From contig QPMI01000526.1 in NCBI GenBank assembly GCA_004431415.1, positions 1-64,000 of the forward strand: a stretch of 64,000 nucleotides of DNA, read 5' to 3'. Every line of letters begins with the position of its first letter. Position 1 is the first letter of the stretch. Position numbers and translations under genes: made by a program. The notes beneath the pieces were generated by a model, which was not told where the DNA came from, searched no databases, and was given only the letters and a program-made list of their open reading frames with translations. This stretch comes from Cyanophora paradoxa CCMP329 (lineage: Eukaryota > Plantae > Glaucophyta). This document shows positions 1 through 11,500 of the stretch, in pieces.

Positions 1-3000
1 CGTGCCGTCCGCACGCACGGGAGCAACGCTCAGGGTCGCGACGCCGCCGCTGGGCAGGTCCGAGACGGTCGTCGAGGTCTTGCTGCCCGAGACGCTGCCG
101 ACGGGGACGCCGTCCTTGAGGACCTGGTAGCTCTGCGGCGCGCCGGCGGCCGGCGGGCTCCACGAGAGGTCGCCGACGTGCCGCCCATGAGGCCGGACGA
201 GACGCTGGTGAGCTGCAGGTTCGAGGGGCGGCGGGGCTGAAGGGGCCCGCCCCGGCGCCCGAACCAGCGCCAGGGCTGCCCGCGCCGGTGTACGGCGCCA
301 GCGGCACGGGGCTGCTCGCCGCAGAGCTCGCCGGGCCCGAGGGCGTGAGCGGGACCACCGAGAAGACGGCGGGTCCGGCAGCGGGAACGCCCTTCACGGC
401 GAACGTGTTGGTGGGGGAGCCCGTCGCGGGAGCCGTCCCAACCTGCTGCCCGTTCATCATCACCGCGTATCTGCGCCACCGAGTGTCAGATCGCGACCTA
501 ACGGCGCTCGAATGGCTAGAAGGCTTGCGGCGCCTGCCGCCGAAAGCCCACTCTAGTGCTCCGTTTTCGACTGATATCCATTCGATTCGGCCGTCCGCGC
601 ATCAACTACTTAGTAAGCAAGCGTGTGCGAGGCGCACCCGTAAGGCTGCTTGCGGGGACGCCGGACGGCGTGTTCCACGAGAGGCTCGCGCTACCGTTGG
701 ACGGCGAGGCCGGGACGCTGTGAGGTTGATGCCCGAGCTGGGAGATGGGGACGGCGCCGCCGACAGCGGATACGACGGAGATGACGCCGAGCCGCTGGGG
801 TCGACTGGCACAACTTGCAGCGTCGCAGCGCGGTCACTAGAGAGGCCAGAGACGGGCGCGGAGGTCTCGGTTCCGGGCACGGATGCGACCGGCTGGCCGT
901 CCTGCAGGACGAGGTACGACGCTGGGGCGCCGGACGACGGCGGGCTCCACGAGAGGGTCGCCGACGTGCCGCCCATGAGGCCGGACGAGACGCTGGTGAG
1001 CTGCAGGTTCGAGGGGCGGCGGGGCTCGGGGCTCCAGAGCCTGGACCACCGGCACCAGCACCGCTTGAGGGCGTCACCGGCACTGGCACGCTGGCCGGGC
1101 CGATCGGGCTGCCCGACGGCGACAGCGGCACCACCGAGAAGACGGCCGGCACGTTCGGCTGCAGGTTGGTTGCAGTGAACGAGCTGGTCGCGCCACCCGC
1201 CGGAACCGTGGCACCTGCTGGCCGTTCTGCATGACGGCGAACGAAGCCCTGTGCAGACGCGAATTGCGAGCCGAAGTCAGTCCCGCGGCGCAATGCAATG
1301 CCGCAGCGCCATCTGGGGCACGCCGCAATCGAAACAGCGAAAGGCACGCACGGAGAGCCGGAGCAGGCGCTGAGCAGGGGGCGCCTTCGGAGGGCGGTCC
1401 ACGAGAGCTTGGCGCTGGTTGCTGATGCGGGCACGGCGGTGAGGACGAGCTCCGAGGCCGGGTCGACGGGATGCCAGCGGCGAGCGGGGCCGAGGCGGGC
1501 CCGACGTGCCGTCCGCACGCACGGGAGCAACGCTCAGGTTCGCGACGCCGCCGCGGGCAGGTCCGAGACGGTCGTCGAGGTCTTGCTGCCCGAGACGCTG
1601 CCGACGGGGACGCCGTCCTTGAGGACCTGGTAGCTCTGCGGCGCGCCGGCGGCCGGCGGGCTCCACGAGAGGGTCGCCGACGTGCCGCCCATGAGGCCGG
1701 ACGAGACGCTGGTGAGCTGCAGGTTCGAGGGGGCGGCGGGGCTGAAGGGGCCCGCCCCGGCGCCCGAACCAGCGCCAGGGCTGCCCGCGCCGGTGTACGG
1801 CGCCAGCGGCACGGGGCTGCTCGCCGCAGAGCTCGCCGGGCCCGAGGGCGTGAGCGGGACCACCGAGAAGACGGCGGGTCCGGCAGCGGGAACGCCCTTC
1901 ACGGCGAACGTGTTGGTGGGGGAGCCCGTCGCGGGAGCCGTCCCAACCTGCTGCCCGTTCATCATCACCGCGTATCTGCGCCACCGAGTGTCAGAGCGAC
2001 CCGACGGCGCTCGAATGGCTAGAAGGCTTGCGGCGCCTGCCGCCGAAAGCCCACTCTAGTGCTCCGGTTTCGACTGATATCCATTCGATTCGGCCGTCCG
2101 CGCATCAACTACTTAGTAAGCAAGCGTGTGCGAGGCGCACCCCGTAAGGCTGCTTGCGGGGACGCCGGACGGCGTGTTCCACGAGAGGCTCGCGCTACCG
2201 TTGGACGGCGAGGCCGGGGACGCTGTGAGGTTGATGCCCGAGCTGGGAGATGGGGACGGCGCCGCCGACAGCGGATACGACGGAGATGACGCCGAGCCGT
2301 TGGGGTCGACTGGCACAACTTGCAGCGTCGCAGCGCGGTCACTAGAGAGGCCAGAGATGGGCGCGGAGGTCTCGGTTCCGGGCACGGATGCGACCGGCTG
2401 GCCGTCCTGCAGGACGAGGTACGACGCTGGGGCGCCGGACGACGGCGGGCTCCACGAGAGGGTCGCCGACGTGCCGCCCATGAGGCCGGACGAGACGCTG
2501 GTGAGCTGCAGGTTCGAGGGGGCGGCGGGGCTCGGGGCTCCAGAGCCTGGACCACCGGCACCAGCACCGCTTGAGGGCGTCACCGGCACCGGAACGCTGG
2601 CCGGGCCGATCGGGCTGCCCGACGGCGACAGCGGCACCACCGAGAAGACGGCCGGCACGTTCGGCTGCAGGTTGGTTGCAGTGAACGAGCTGGTCGCGCC
2701 ACCCGCCGGAACCGTGGCAACCTGCTGGCCGTTCTGCATGACGGCGAACGAAGCCCTGTGCAGACGCGAATTGCGAGCCGAAGTCAGTCCCGCGGCGCAA
2801 ATGCAATGCCGCAGCGCCATCTGGGGCACGCCGCAATCGAAACAGCGAAAGGCACGCACGGAGAGCCGGAGCCAGGCGCTGAGCCAGGGGGCGCCTTCGG
2901 AGGGCGGTTCCACGAGAGCTTGGCGCTGGTTGCTGATGCGGGCACGGCGGTGAGGACGAGCTCCGAGGCCGGGTTCGACGGGATGCCAGCGGCGAGCGGG

Positions 3001-5555
3001 GCCGAGGCCGGGCCCGACGTGCCGTCCGCACGCACGGGAGCAACGCTCAGGGTCGCGACGCCGCCGCTGGGCAGGTCCGAGACGGTCGTCGAGGTCTTGC
3101 TGCCCGAGACGCTGCCGACGGGGACGCCGTCCTTGAGGACCTGGTAGCTCTGCGGCGCGCCGGCGGCCGGCGGGCTCCACGAGAGGGTCGCCGACGTGCC
3201 GCCCATGAGGCCGGACGAGACGCTGGTGAGCTGCAGGTTCGAGGGGGCGGCGGGGCTGAAGGGGCCCGCCCCGGCGCCCGAACCAGCGCCAGGGCTGCCC
3301 GCGCCGGTGTACGGCGCCAGCGGCACGGGGCTGCTCGCCGCAGAGCTCGCCGGGCCCGAGGGCGTGAGCGGGACCACCGAGAAGACGGCGGGTCCGGCAG
3401 CGGGAACGCCCTTCACGGCGAACGTGTTGGTGGGGGAGCCCGTCGCGGGAGCCGTCCCAACCTGCTGCCCGTTCATCATCACCGCGTATCTGCGCCACCG
3501 AGTGTCAGATCGCGACCTAACGGCGCTCGAATGGCTAGAAGGCTTGCGGCGCCTGCCGCCGAAAGCCCACTCTAGTGCTCCGTTTTCGACTGATATCCAT
3601 TCGATTCGGCCGTCCGCGCATCAACTACTTAGTAAGCAAGCGTGTGCGAGGCGCACCCCGTAAGGCTGCTTGCGGGGACGCCGGACGGCGTGTTCCACGA
3701 GAGGCTCGCGCTACCGTTGGACGGCGAGGCCGGGGACGCTGTGAGGTTGATGCCCGAGCTGGGAGATGGGGACGGCGCCGCCGACAGCGGATACGACGGA
3801 GATGACGCCGAGCCGCTGGGGTCGACTGGCACAACTTGCAGCGTCGCAGCGCGGTCACTAGAGAGGCCAGAGACGGGCGCGGAGGTCTCGGTTCCGGGCA
3901 CGGATGCGACCGGCTGGCCGTCCTGCAGGACGAGGTACGACGCTGGGGCGCCGGACGACGGCGGGCTCCACGAGAGGGTCGCCGACGTGCCGCCCATGAG
4001 GCCGGACGAGACGCTGGTGAGCTGCAGGTTCGAGGGGGCGGCGGGGCTCGGGGCTCCAGAGCCTGGACCACCGGCACCAGCACCGCTTGAGGGCGTCACC
4101 GGCACTGGCACGCTGGCCGGGCCGATCGGGCTGCCCGACGGCGACAGCGGCACCACCGAGAAGACGGCCGGCACGTTCGGCTGCAGGTTGGTTGCAGTGA
4201 ACGAGCTGGTCGCGCCACCCGCCGGAACCGTGGCAACCTGCTGGCCGTTCTGCATGACGGCGAACGAAGCCCTGTGCAGACGCGAATTGCGAGCCGAAGT
4301 CAGTCCCGCGGCGCAAATGCAATGCCGCAGCGCCATCTGGGGCACGCCGCAATCGAAACAGCGAAAGGCACGCACGGAGAGCCGGAGCCAGGCGCTGAGC
4401 CAGGGGGCGCCTTCGGAGGGCGGTTCCACGAGAGCTTGGCGCTGGTTGCTGATGCGGGCACGGCGGTGAGGACGAGCTCCGAGGCCGGGTTCGACGGGAT
4501 GCCAGCGGCGAGCGGGGCCGAGGTCGGGCCCGACGTGCCGTCCGCACGCACGGGAGCAACGCTCAGGTTCGCGACGCCGCCGCGGGGCAGGTCCGAGACG
4601 GTCGTCGAGGTCTTGCTGCCCGGGACGCTGCCGACGGGGACGCCGTCCTTGAGGACCTGGTAGCTCTGCGGCGCGCCGGCGGCCGGCGGGCTCCACGAGA
4701 GGGTCGCCGACGTGCCGCCCATGAGGCCGGACGAGACGCTGGTGAGCTGCAGGTTCGAGGGGGCGGCGGGGCTGAAGGGGCCCGCCCCGGCGCCCGAACC
4801 AGCGCCAGGGCTGCCCGCGCCGGTGTACGGCGCCAGCGGCACGGGGCTGCTCGCCGCAGAGCTCGCCGGGCCCGAGGGCGTGAGCGGGACCACCGAGAAG
4901 ACGGCGGGTCCGGCAGCGGGAACGCCCTTCACGGCGAACGTGTTGGTGGGGGAGCCCGTCGCGGGAGCCGTCCCAACCTGCTGCCCGTTCATCATCACCG
5001 CGTATCTGCGCCACCTAGTGTCAGAGCGACCCGACGGCGCTCGAATGGCTAGAAGGCTTGCGACGCCTGCCGCCGAAAGCCCACTCTAGTGCTCCGTTTT
5101 CGACTGATATCCATTCGATTCGGCCGTCCGCGCATCAACTACTTAGTAAGCAAGCGTGTGCGAGGCGCACCCCGTAAGGCTGCTTGCGGGGACGCCGGAC
5201 GGCGTGTTCCACGAGAGGCTCGCGCTACCGTTGGACGGCGAGGCCGGGGACGCTGTGAGGTTGATGCCCGAGCTGGGAGATGGGGACGGAGCCGCCGACA
5301 GCGGATACGACGGAGCTCCAGCTGAGCCGTTGGGGTCGACTGGCACAACTTGCAGCGTCGCAGCGCGGTCACTAGAGAGGCCAGAGACGGGCGCGGAGGT
5401 CTCGGTTCCGGGCACGGATGCGACCGGCTGGCCGTCCTGCAGGACGAGGTACGACGCTGGGGCGCCGGACGACGGCGGGCTCCACGAGAGGGTCGCCGAC
5501 GTGCCGCCCATGAGGCCGGACGAGACGCTGGTGAGCTGCAGGTTCGAGGGGGCGC
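1..5555. repeat. Tandem array of ~1.515 kb exon+intron units (about 3.6 copies visible), each encoding four FN3-like domains (~415 aa)
   Basis: Marker AAAGCCCACTCTAGTGCTCC recurs at ~544, 2046, 3562 and 5076. Each unit holds two GT-AG introns on the minus strand (e.g. 5006-5170 and 4272-4375) that splice in frame. Confidence 0.95.
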
Positions 5556-8500
5556 CGGGACCTGGTGCTCCTGGCACTGGACCCTGTAGCGCTGGCGATG
5601 TTCCAGCGGGGGCAGGGGCAGACCCTGGCGCCGGCTTCGCGGCCGTCGCCGCATATGGTTCGGCTGCAAAAAGGCTGCCCGCTGCGGCTTCCTTTCCTTT
5701 GAAATAAATGAGCGCGCCAGCCACAGCGGCCACAGCAACACCAACTCCTGTCGCTACGCCGGCAATGACGGCTGTTCGTTGCTGGTCTTCCTCGGTCTGC
5801 TCGCCTAGATTAATGCGATAGAATGGCTGCAACGAATCGAACTCGAGATGCATGTGACCTTCGCGCTCTGATCGTCTTGCAAAGCCGGTGAGAAGGCGCC
5901 CACACCGGTCCTGCCGCCGCCCGTTGCCGTTGGATCCGGCTCCAGCGCTCCAACTGCGAATCGATCCGTGCGTGTGAGTGCAGCATTTTTTTGTAAATGA
6001 GTTTTGAATGATCCGGCAGATAGAAATGGTTTTTTAAATGTGGCAGATCCGGCAGATAGAAACGAGTTCAAACTATCCGAAGCCGGCTGCGGCATTACTC
6101 ATGATCGGAGTTCCGCGTGGCAACGCACTTGTGAATGTCGTCAGATGCGTGCACTTCCCTCGGGCGTACCACGAGCCCGCGCGCTGGAAGATGTCGCCCG
6201 GCACGGTCATGTCATCGGCAGATCCGATCCGCATGTCAATGTCAGGCCCGCAACTAGATCCGGGAAGACGAGCACATCGTTATTGCGGCCAATCAGCAGT
6301 CGCTGTGAATGCGCACCGATCCCACGAGCCTCGGGTCTCGTTCCAGAAGAGAAGAAGCACTGGGTCCGTCGGCGCCTCCTTCTGATCGGGCGGGTACGGG
6401 ATTTCTGATGTGCATAATAAGCCCAATACCTGTGCGACCTCTTACTGAGGCCATCTTACCCATGATGATCGGCTCGTCGTCCCCGAGCCCTTGGATTTGG
6501 TTCCCGAGAACTGTAGGGTGTGTGAGTCAGCCAGTGTAGTGAAGGAAGATCTAGATTGCGAAATGGGCGTGCCCGTAATGTCAAGAAAGAGCCCGGCAAT
6601 GCGCGCGCGAAGGTTGGGGCCGCCATCGAACGGCTTGCTAACGGTCGGATTGGGAGTCTTCCCCATCGTCATACAAGCGACGGCGAATCCTGTTTGATCG
6701 ACGTCAGCGCTTAGCTATAGCATCCAAAGATTGCCGCAGGACGCACCGTCGATTGTGTCATCGCGGGGGACAAAGCGCTTGACGCCAGCAGGCAGGAACA
6801 CGCGCGAAGGCGCAAGCTTACTGGCCGGGTCTTGGAGAATCGGATAGTATGGCCGCACCTGTGCAGTGGCAAATCAACGTTCACGTTGGGTTGCTCGCAG
6901 AACATGTACACTGAAAACAGCAAAGCAATTATTCAGTATAAGAAGAATGCATCGCTCACATCTGAAAAGCAAATCTTGCCTGAGCAAGCAAGGGCGTGTC
7001 ATGATTAGTTGCGTAATCAAGATCAAAGAATCAAGTCTAGATCTCATCGCACCGGTGGTGACGGAGATGAGGTCCTTGTTGCGGTTGCGAAGGCCCTGGC
7101 CACATGGGTAACAATCCGCAAGGCGCTTGTGGGGGTTTTTAATGAATGTGTTTAGGGTTTCGGCCAGAGAGGATGTTTGTGACTCGGTGGTTTGAAGGCC
7201 CGTCGTGGACTTCGGAGTAAAGCTGTCGCTGCCAATCGCCGCCGCTACGGCCCGCACGGTCGCGTCGAGCATGGCCTCGGTCTCGTCCTCCGGAAGCTGC
7301 AAGACGCACAGCGCAATTGCAATTGATCAATCACTTCAATGGCTGGGAGTGTTGGGGTTCGAACCTCGCACGGGTCGAATTCGGGGTAGCACCTGAAGAG
7401 GTCCTCTTGCGACGCCGTGGTCGCGTTGCGCGTGACGGGACCGGCCAGAGCAGTGATGGCGTGGGCGGCTTGCAGCCGCTCCTTCAAAGTGGCGCTCGAG
7501 TTGGCGGCCTTGCACGCGTCCTGCACCATCCCCTCAAGCGCGGTGGGCAGAACGGAGAGGGGGCACGCGTCTGCAGAGACCCAGAAACTTCAGCATTTGC
7601 AAACGTCTGCTGGGTCGCAGAGGGCGCACTCTGATTGGCGGTCGCTGCAGAGTCCAACGATTTGGCAACAGAGAAAAGAGAAGTCAGAATGCGCTCGTCT
7701 TGCCGCCGTATCGAAAGAGTCATGTCTTCTCCGATGATCTTTTTTCGCCCCAAGTACTCCACGCAAACATCTTCGGGTTTCCGCACGAAAGCCTCCAGGG
7801 GGTACTCCGCAGGGATTCCGTTCGCGTCCGTGATCTGCGTCCACTCTCGGTATTTTCGTCACATGTACATATATATATCTCAAAAGAAGAGGTCTCCGGA
7901 CCACAGCAAGAACGGTGACAGGCTCTCCAAGGGGCAGGGGGAGATCCGTGAAAATGTTACTCGGTTGCGGGGGTGCCAGCATTTGCTTCGTGCCATCGGG
8001 ATTTTGGATCCTTATCCCGTAATTGAGCGGGTAGCCGCTGGGATCGTCGCCGGAGGAAGTCCAGTTCTTGCACTCGACCGTAAATACTTCCCTCATCAGA
8101 ACGCCTTCAGGGGGCGTGATGGAGCACACGCCCGGGACGGGAGGCCCTATGTAACGGAGCGATATTTGATCGTAGACTGCGGACGGCGTCATCGGCCATG
8201 GCCATGCTTATGCCGCTCTTTCAGAAAAACGAAGCTCACCGATTTCATTCGCCGGGGCATTGGGATAAGACGCCTGGTTCTCGCAAGTCACTCAACGGAA
8301 AATTATAGATATATATACGCTCACCGCACCTTGCATTTAATTGTGAACGTGGTTCCTGGGGCAATGTTTTTCGGCCTGAACGCAGGGGTAAAGTTGAGGA
8401 AAAGTTCTGCTGGCAAATCTCCTTTGACCGTGTACCTGCACGCTCAATCAAGTTACGACGGGCGTGCACACCGCGCTTGGGCTTGCAATTGCACACGGAG

Positions 8501-11500
8501 TCAAGTCGCCGAAGTCATCAGACAGCCAAGAAGAGACTGCAATGTTTTCGTAGATGGGGTCTGTGGTAGTGTTCGAGCGGCACCGCAGGTACACGCTTCC
8601 GTTGATAGGAACTTTGAGGAGCTCCTTGGTCGGCGAGAACTTGTTCTGCGTTGACGTTGAAAGGGCTTTAAACTCAGAACGATGCGGGATCTCATAACGG
8701 CCGATTTTGAGCAGCGCACATCAATGGCGATGACCGGGAGGTCCTTTGGCAGGACCGTGATGGCGGCGAGGGTCTCATCTGTGGTGTTGTCGCCCGACTC
8801 GCACCGTCCGATCACGCGTAGGTGTATTGAGTAGTTTCCAGCACCAAAGCCATCTGATAAGACCAACAATCAATTGAAACTCTAATTTGATAATTAGGAC
8901 AGCCGCACCGATTGGAGGAGGCACCGTTCTAGGCGGAGCACCAGAAGGCGTGAGCCTAATAGTCACTTTGCCTGAGGGTCCTTCCTCGAACAAGAACGGG
9001 CCGCTGAAGGGAACGCCAGGCAGTGTAAGCCGCCAGTGATACCAGAGAGTGGCCGAGTTCGGGCATGCGGGATGGGTAGACGGCCTGCCATCGACCGTGA
9101 AGGGCGCAGACACCCCAACCGAGCGCGGCTGCTCGCTCCCAACGATTTTGGCCTGAACCGAGTCTCCGATTACGCGGTCCACAATGCGGAGCTCGCACTG
9201 GGTCTGTCCATCTCACTGAGTGAGCGCGAAAACAAAATTTAAACGTATACATTCGAACTCGGCACACACACCACATTCGTCGGAATACTCGCGTCCGGCC
9301 TGTGGCTGTAAATCTTCAAATGAAGCGTGTATTGCCCCACAACAAGAGCGGCTGCAAGGTGCAGACCGATCATTGCGGGTATGCAAGAGAACGTAATTAT
9401 AAAGAATCTGCATTATGCGTACCAGGACCTCCCGCTCCAGCAGGCACAATTGTGAGGGTAGAGTTTGCCGTAGGCCCGTAACTGACGATAGCCCCCGGCG
9501 TTCCGAACGCCCCGCCGAGCGGATGGAGCTCCCACTGGTAAGTGATGTTCGTGGGGCCGGGGAACGGGTCAGGGTACGTCGGGTCATAGGAGCTGCAAAG
9601 CGGCAGAACTCAGTGATATGACGGAACATGTACATGCTTGGCAAGGGATTTGAACACACGGAAGTCCATCAATCACAGAGGGCGAAGCAGCAGGAATTCG
9701 CTTAACGAAAGGACCCGCGATGATGGCGACCACGCCTGAAAAGGAGGGCGAAAGCAGAAGAGATATTTGAGAAATTCGACGTGAAGCAGGTGGAATGGCG
9801 AATGCATGCACCTGGCAAGGGATAGATTTCAATCTCGCAGGATGTCTGGACCGGGCTCGTATGATCAGAAGCAGTCCTTTTCCAATGAGCGTCGAAAGAG
9901 GCAATGGCGCACCGTATTTGTTACGACAGTCTCATCCGGCCGCCTGTAGCTGAAAATGCTTAAGTGAAGGGTGTAGCGTCCGATCACGAGAGCGGCTGCA
10001 AGTTGCATGTGTGCAATCGGTCAGTGAGGGGAAACTGAACGGCAATGCGGCAAACGCACTCGGACCGCCGGCCCCAGCAGGCGTGATGGGAATGGTGGAG
10101 TTTGCCGTGGGTCCGTAGCTGATGATGGCGCCTGGGGTTCCGAGTGCAGCTCCGAGCGGGTGAAGCTCCCACTGATAAGTCATGTTTGCAGGGCCGGGGA
10201 ATGTGTCGGGATAGACAGGATCATACGACCTGAAAATTGCAAGTCAAAATAAGGCTCGTCGTGCAAATCAGCGCTTCCAGAAGCGCACGGAAGTCCATCA
10301 ATCAAAGAAGGCAAAGTAAAAGGAATCCGCTTAATGAAAGGACCTGCAATGATGGCCACCACGCCTGTATATATCCAGACGAGATCAGTGCCCAGGCTTT
10401 TACAACCGGACCGGACAGATGCACCTGGCAAGAGAAACACTTCAATCTCGCAAGTCGTCTGGAAAAGGCACAATCAGCATTTATACTGCAATTCAAGCAC
10501 GCAGTGCGATGTGTACGAACCGTGTTCGTTGCGACTCTCCCATCTGGCCTAAGGCTAAAAATTTTCAGGTGAAGAGTGTAGCGCCCAACAACGAAAGCGG
10601 CTTTTGATGTTTCAGTCCAGATGCAATGGGATTAATTTTGATCGATCTTGGTTCACAAAGTGCAAGCGCACCTGGACCCTTGGCACCAGCAGGCTTCAAG
10701 GGAAGGGTAGAATTCGCCGTGGGTCCGTAGCTGATGACAGCGCCTGGCGTCCCAAGTGCAGCGCCGAGCTGTTGAAGCTCCCACTGGTACGTGATGTTCG
10801 TGGGACCAGGGAATGGGATGGGAAACATCGGATCAAAAGACCTGTGATAGCAGTTGCTCGATTGAACAGGGTGGCGTTATAATTTAGCGAAAGGTTGCTC
10901 ACGGCAATCCGTCCACCATCGACGGCAAGGTGTACGGGATCCGTTTCAAAAAAGGACCATCAATGATCGCCACCACGCCTATATCAAGGTCGCGATTCCG
11001 CAATTTGACATATGAAAACAAAATGCGAACCGGCACAGGCGGGAGTATAGAAGTCCTTTGACGCTTCCTGCACCGCCGCCGTTAGCGTATGCGTATCCGA
11101 TACCCAGCCGTATTGAGCGCACGGTCCAGCCGCCGAATTTGTTCAACGCGCGGAGGAGCGCACGGTAAGGGCGGCCGCAATTTTCTGCGTAAGCAGAAAA
11201 GCCCATCTTCAGCGTCAGGTCCCAGGACGTCGTCGCCGGACCAAGGCCGTCCACACGGAAGAGGAGCCTGTCATGGTCGACGACAGGCGTGATGCCGGCC
11301 ATTCCCGGAGTAGGGGTCTCCTTCAACTGCGCACGAATTTCACAGATTGCGCTGGCCCCCGCTCGCTTTGCAGCTTGCACCAGCAGCACAAGGATGGTGT
11401 AGCCGTAGGGTGTTGCCTTCTCCGTGGGATTGACCCAACTAAGTAAGGTGCCAGTCACAGTTGGCTGAGGAACTGCAACCATGCTCAAATAGCGGCGTCA

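Noticed and set aside
1-1600. Many 1-nt deletions breaking the frame in the outermost FN3 units (possible pseudogenisation or programmed frameshifts)
   Set aside because: They fall mostly in short homopolymers and only towards the window start, while inner units are clean. Long-read consensus error is more likely; raw reads are needed.
1-5555. Regularly recurring ~80-nt identical blocks resembling a CRISPR array
   Set aside because: The intervening sequences are themselves repeated, hundreds of bp long and protein-coding. No cas genes; eukaryotic context.
288-5707. Repeated plus-strand ORFs of 125-296 aa in the tandem array
   Set aside because: Antisense shadows of the GC-rich FN3 exons; splice signals and domain motifs are on the minus strand.
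7340-7390. GGTTCGAACC tRNA T-loop-like motif
   Set aside because: No cloverleaf can be built, and it overlaps an exon/intron boundary of the minus-strand receptor gene.
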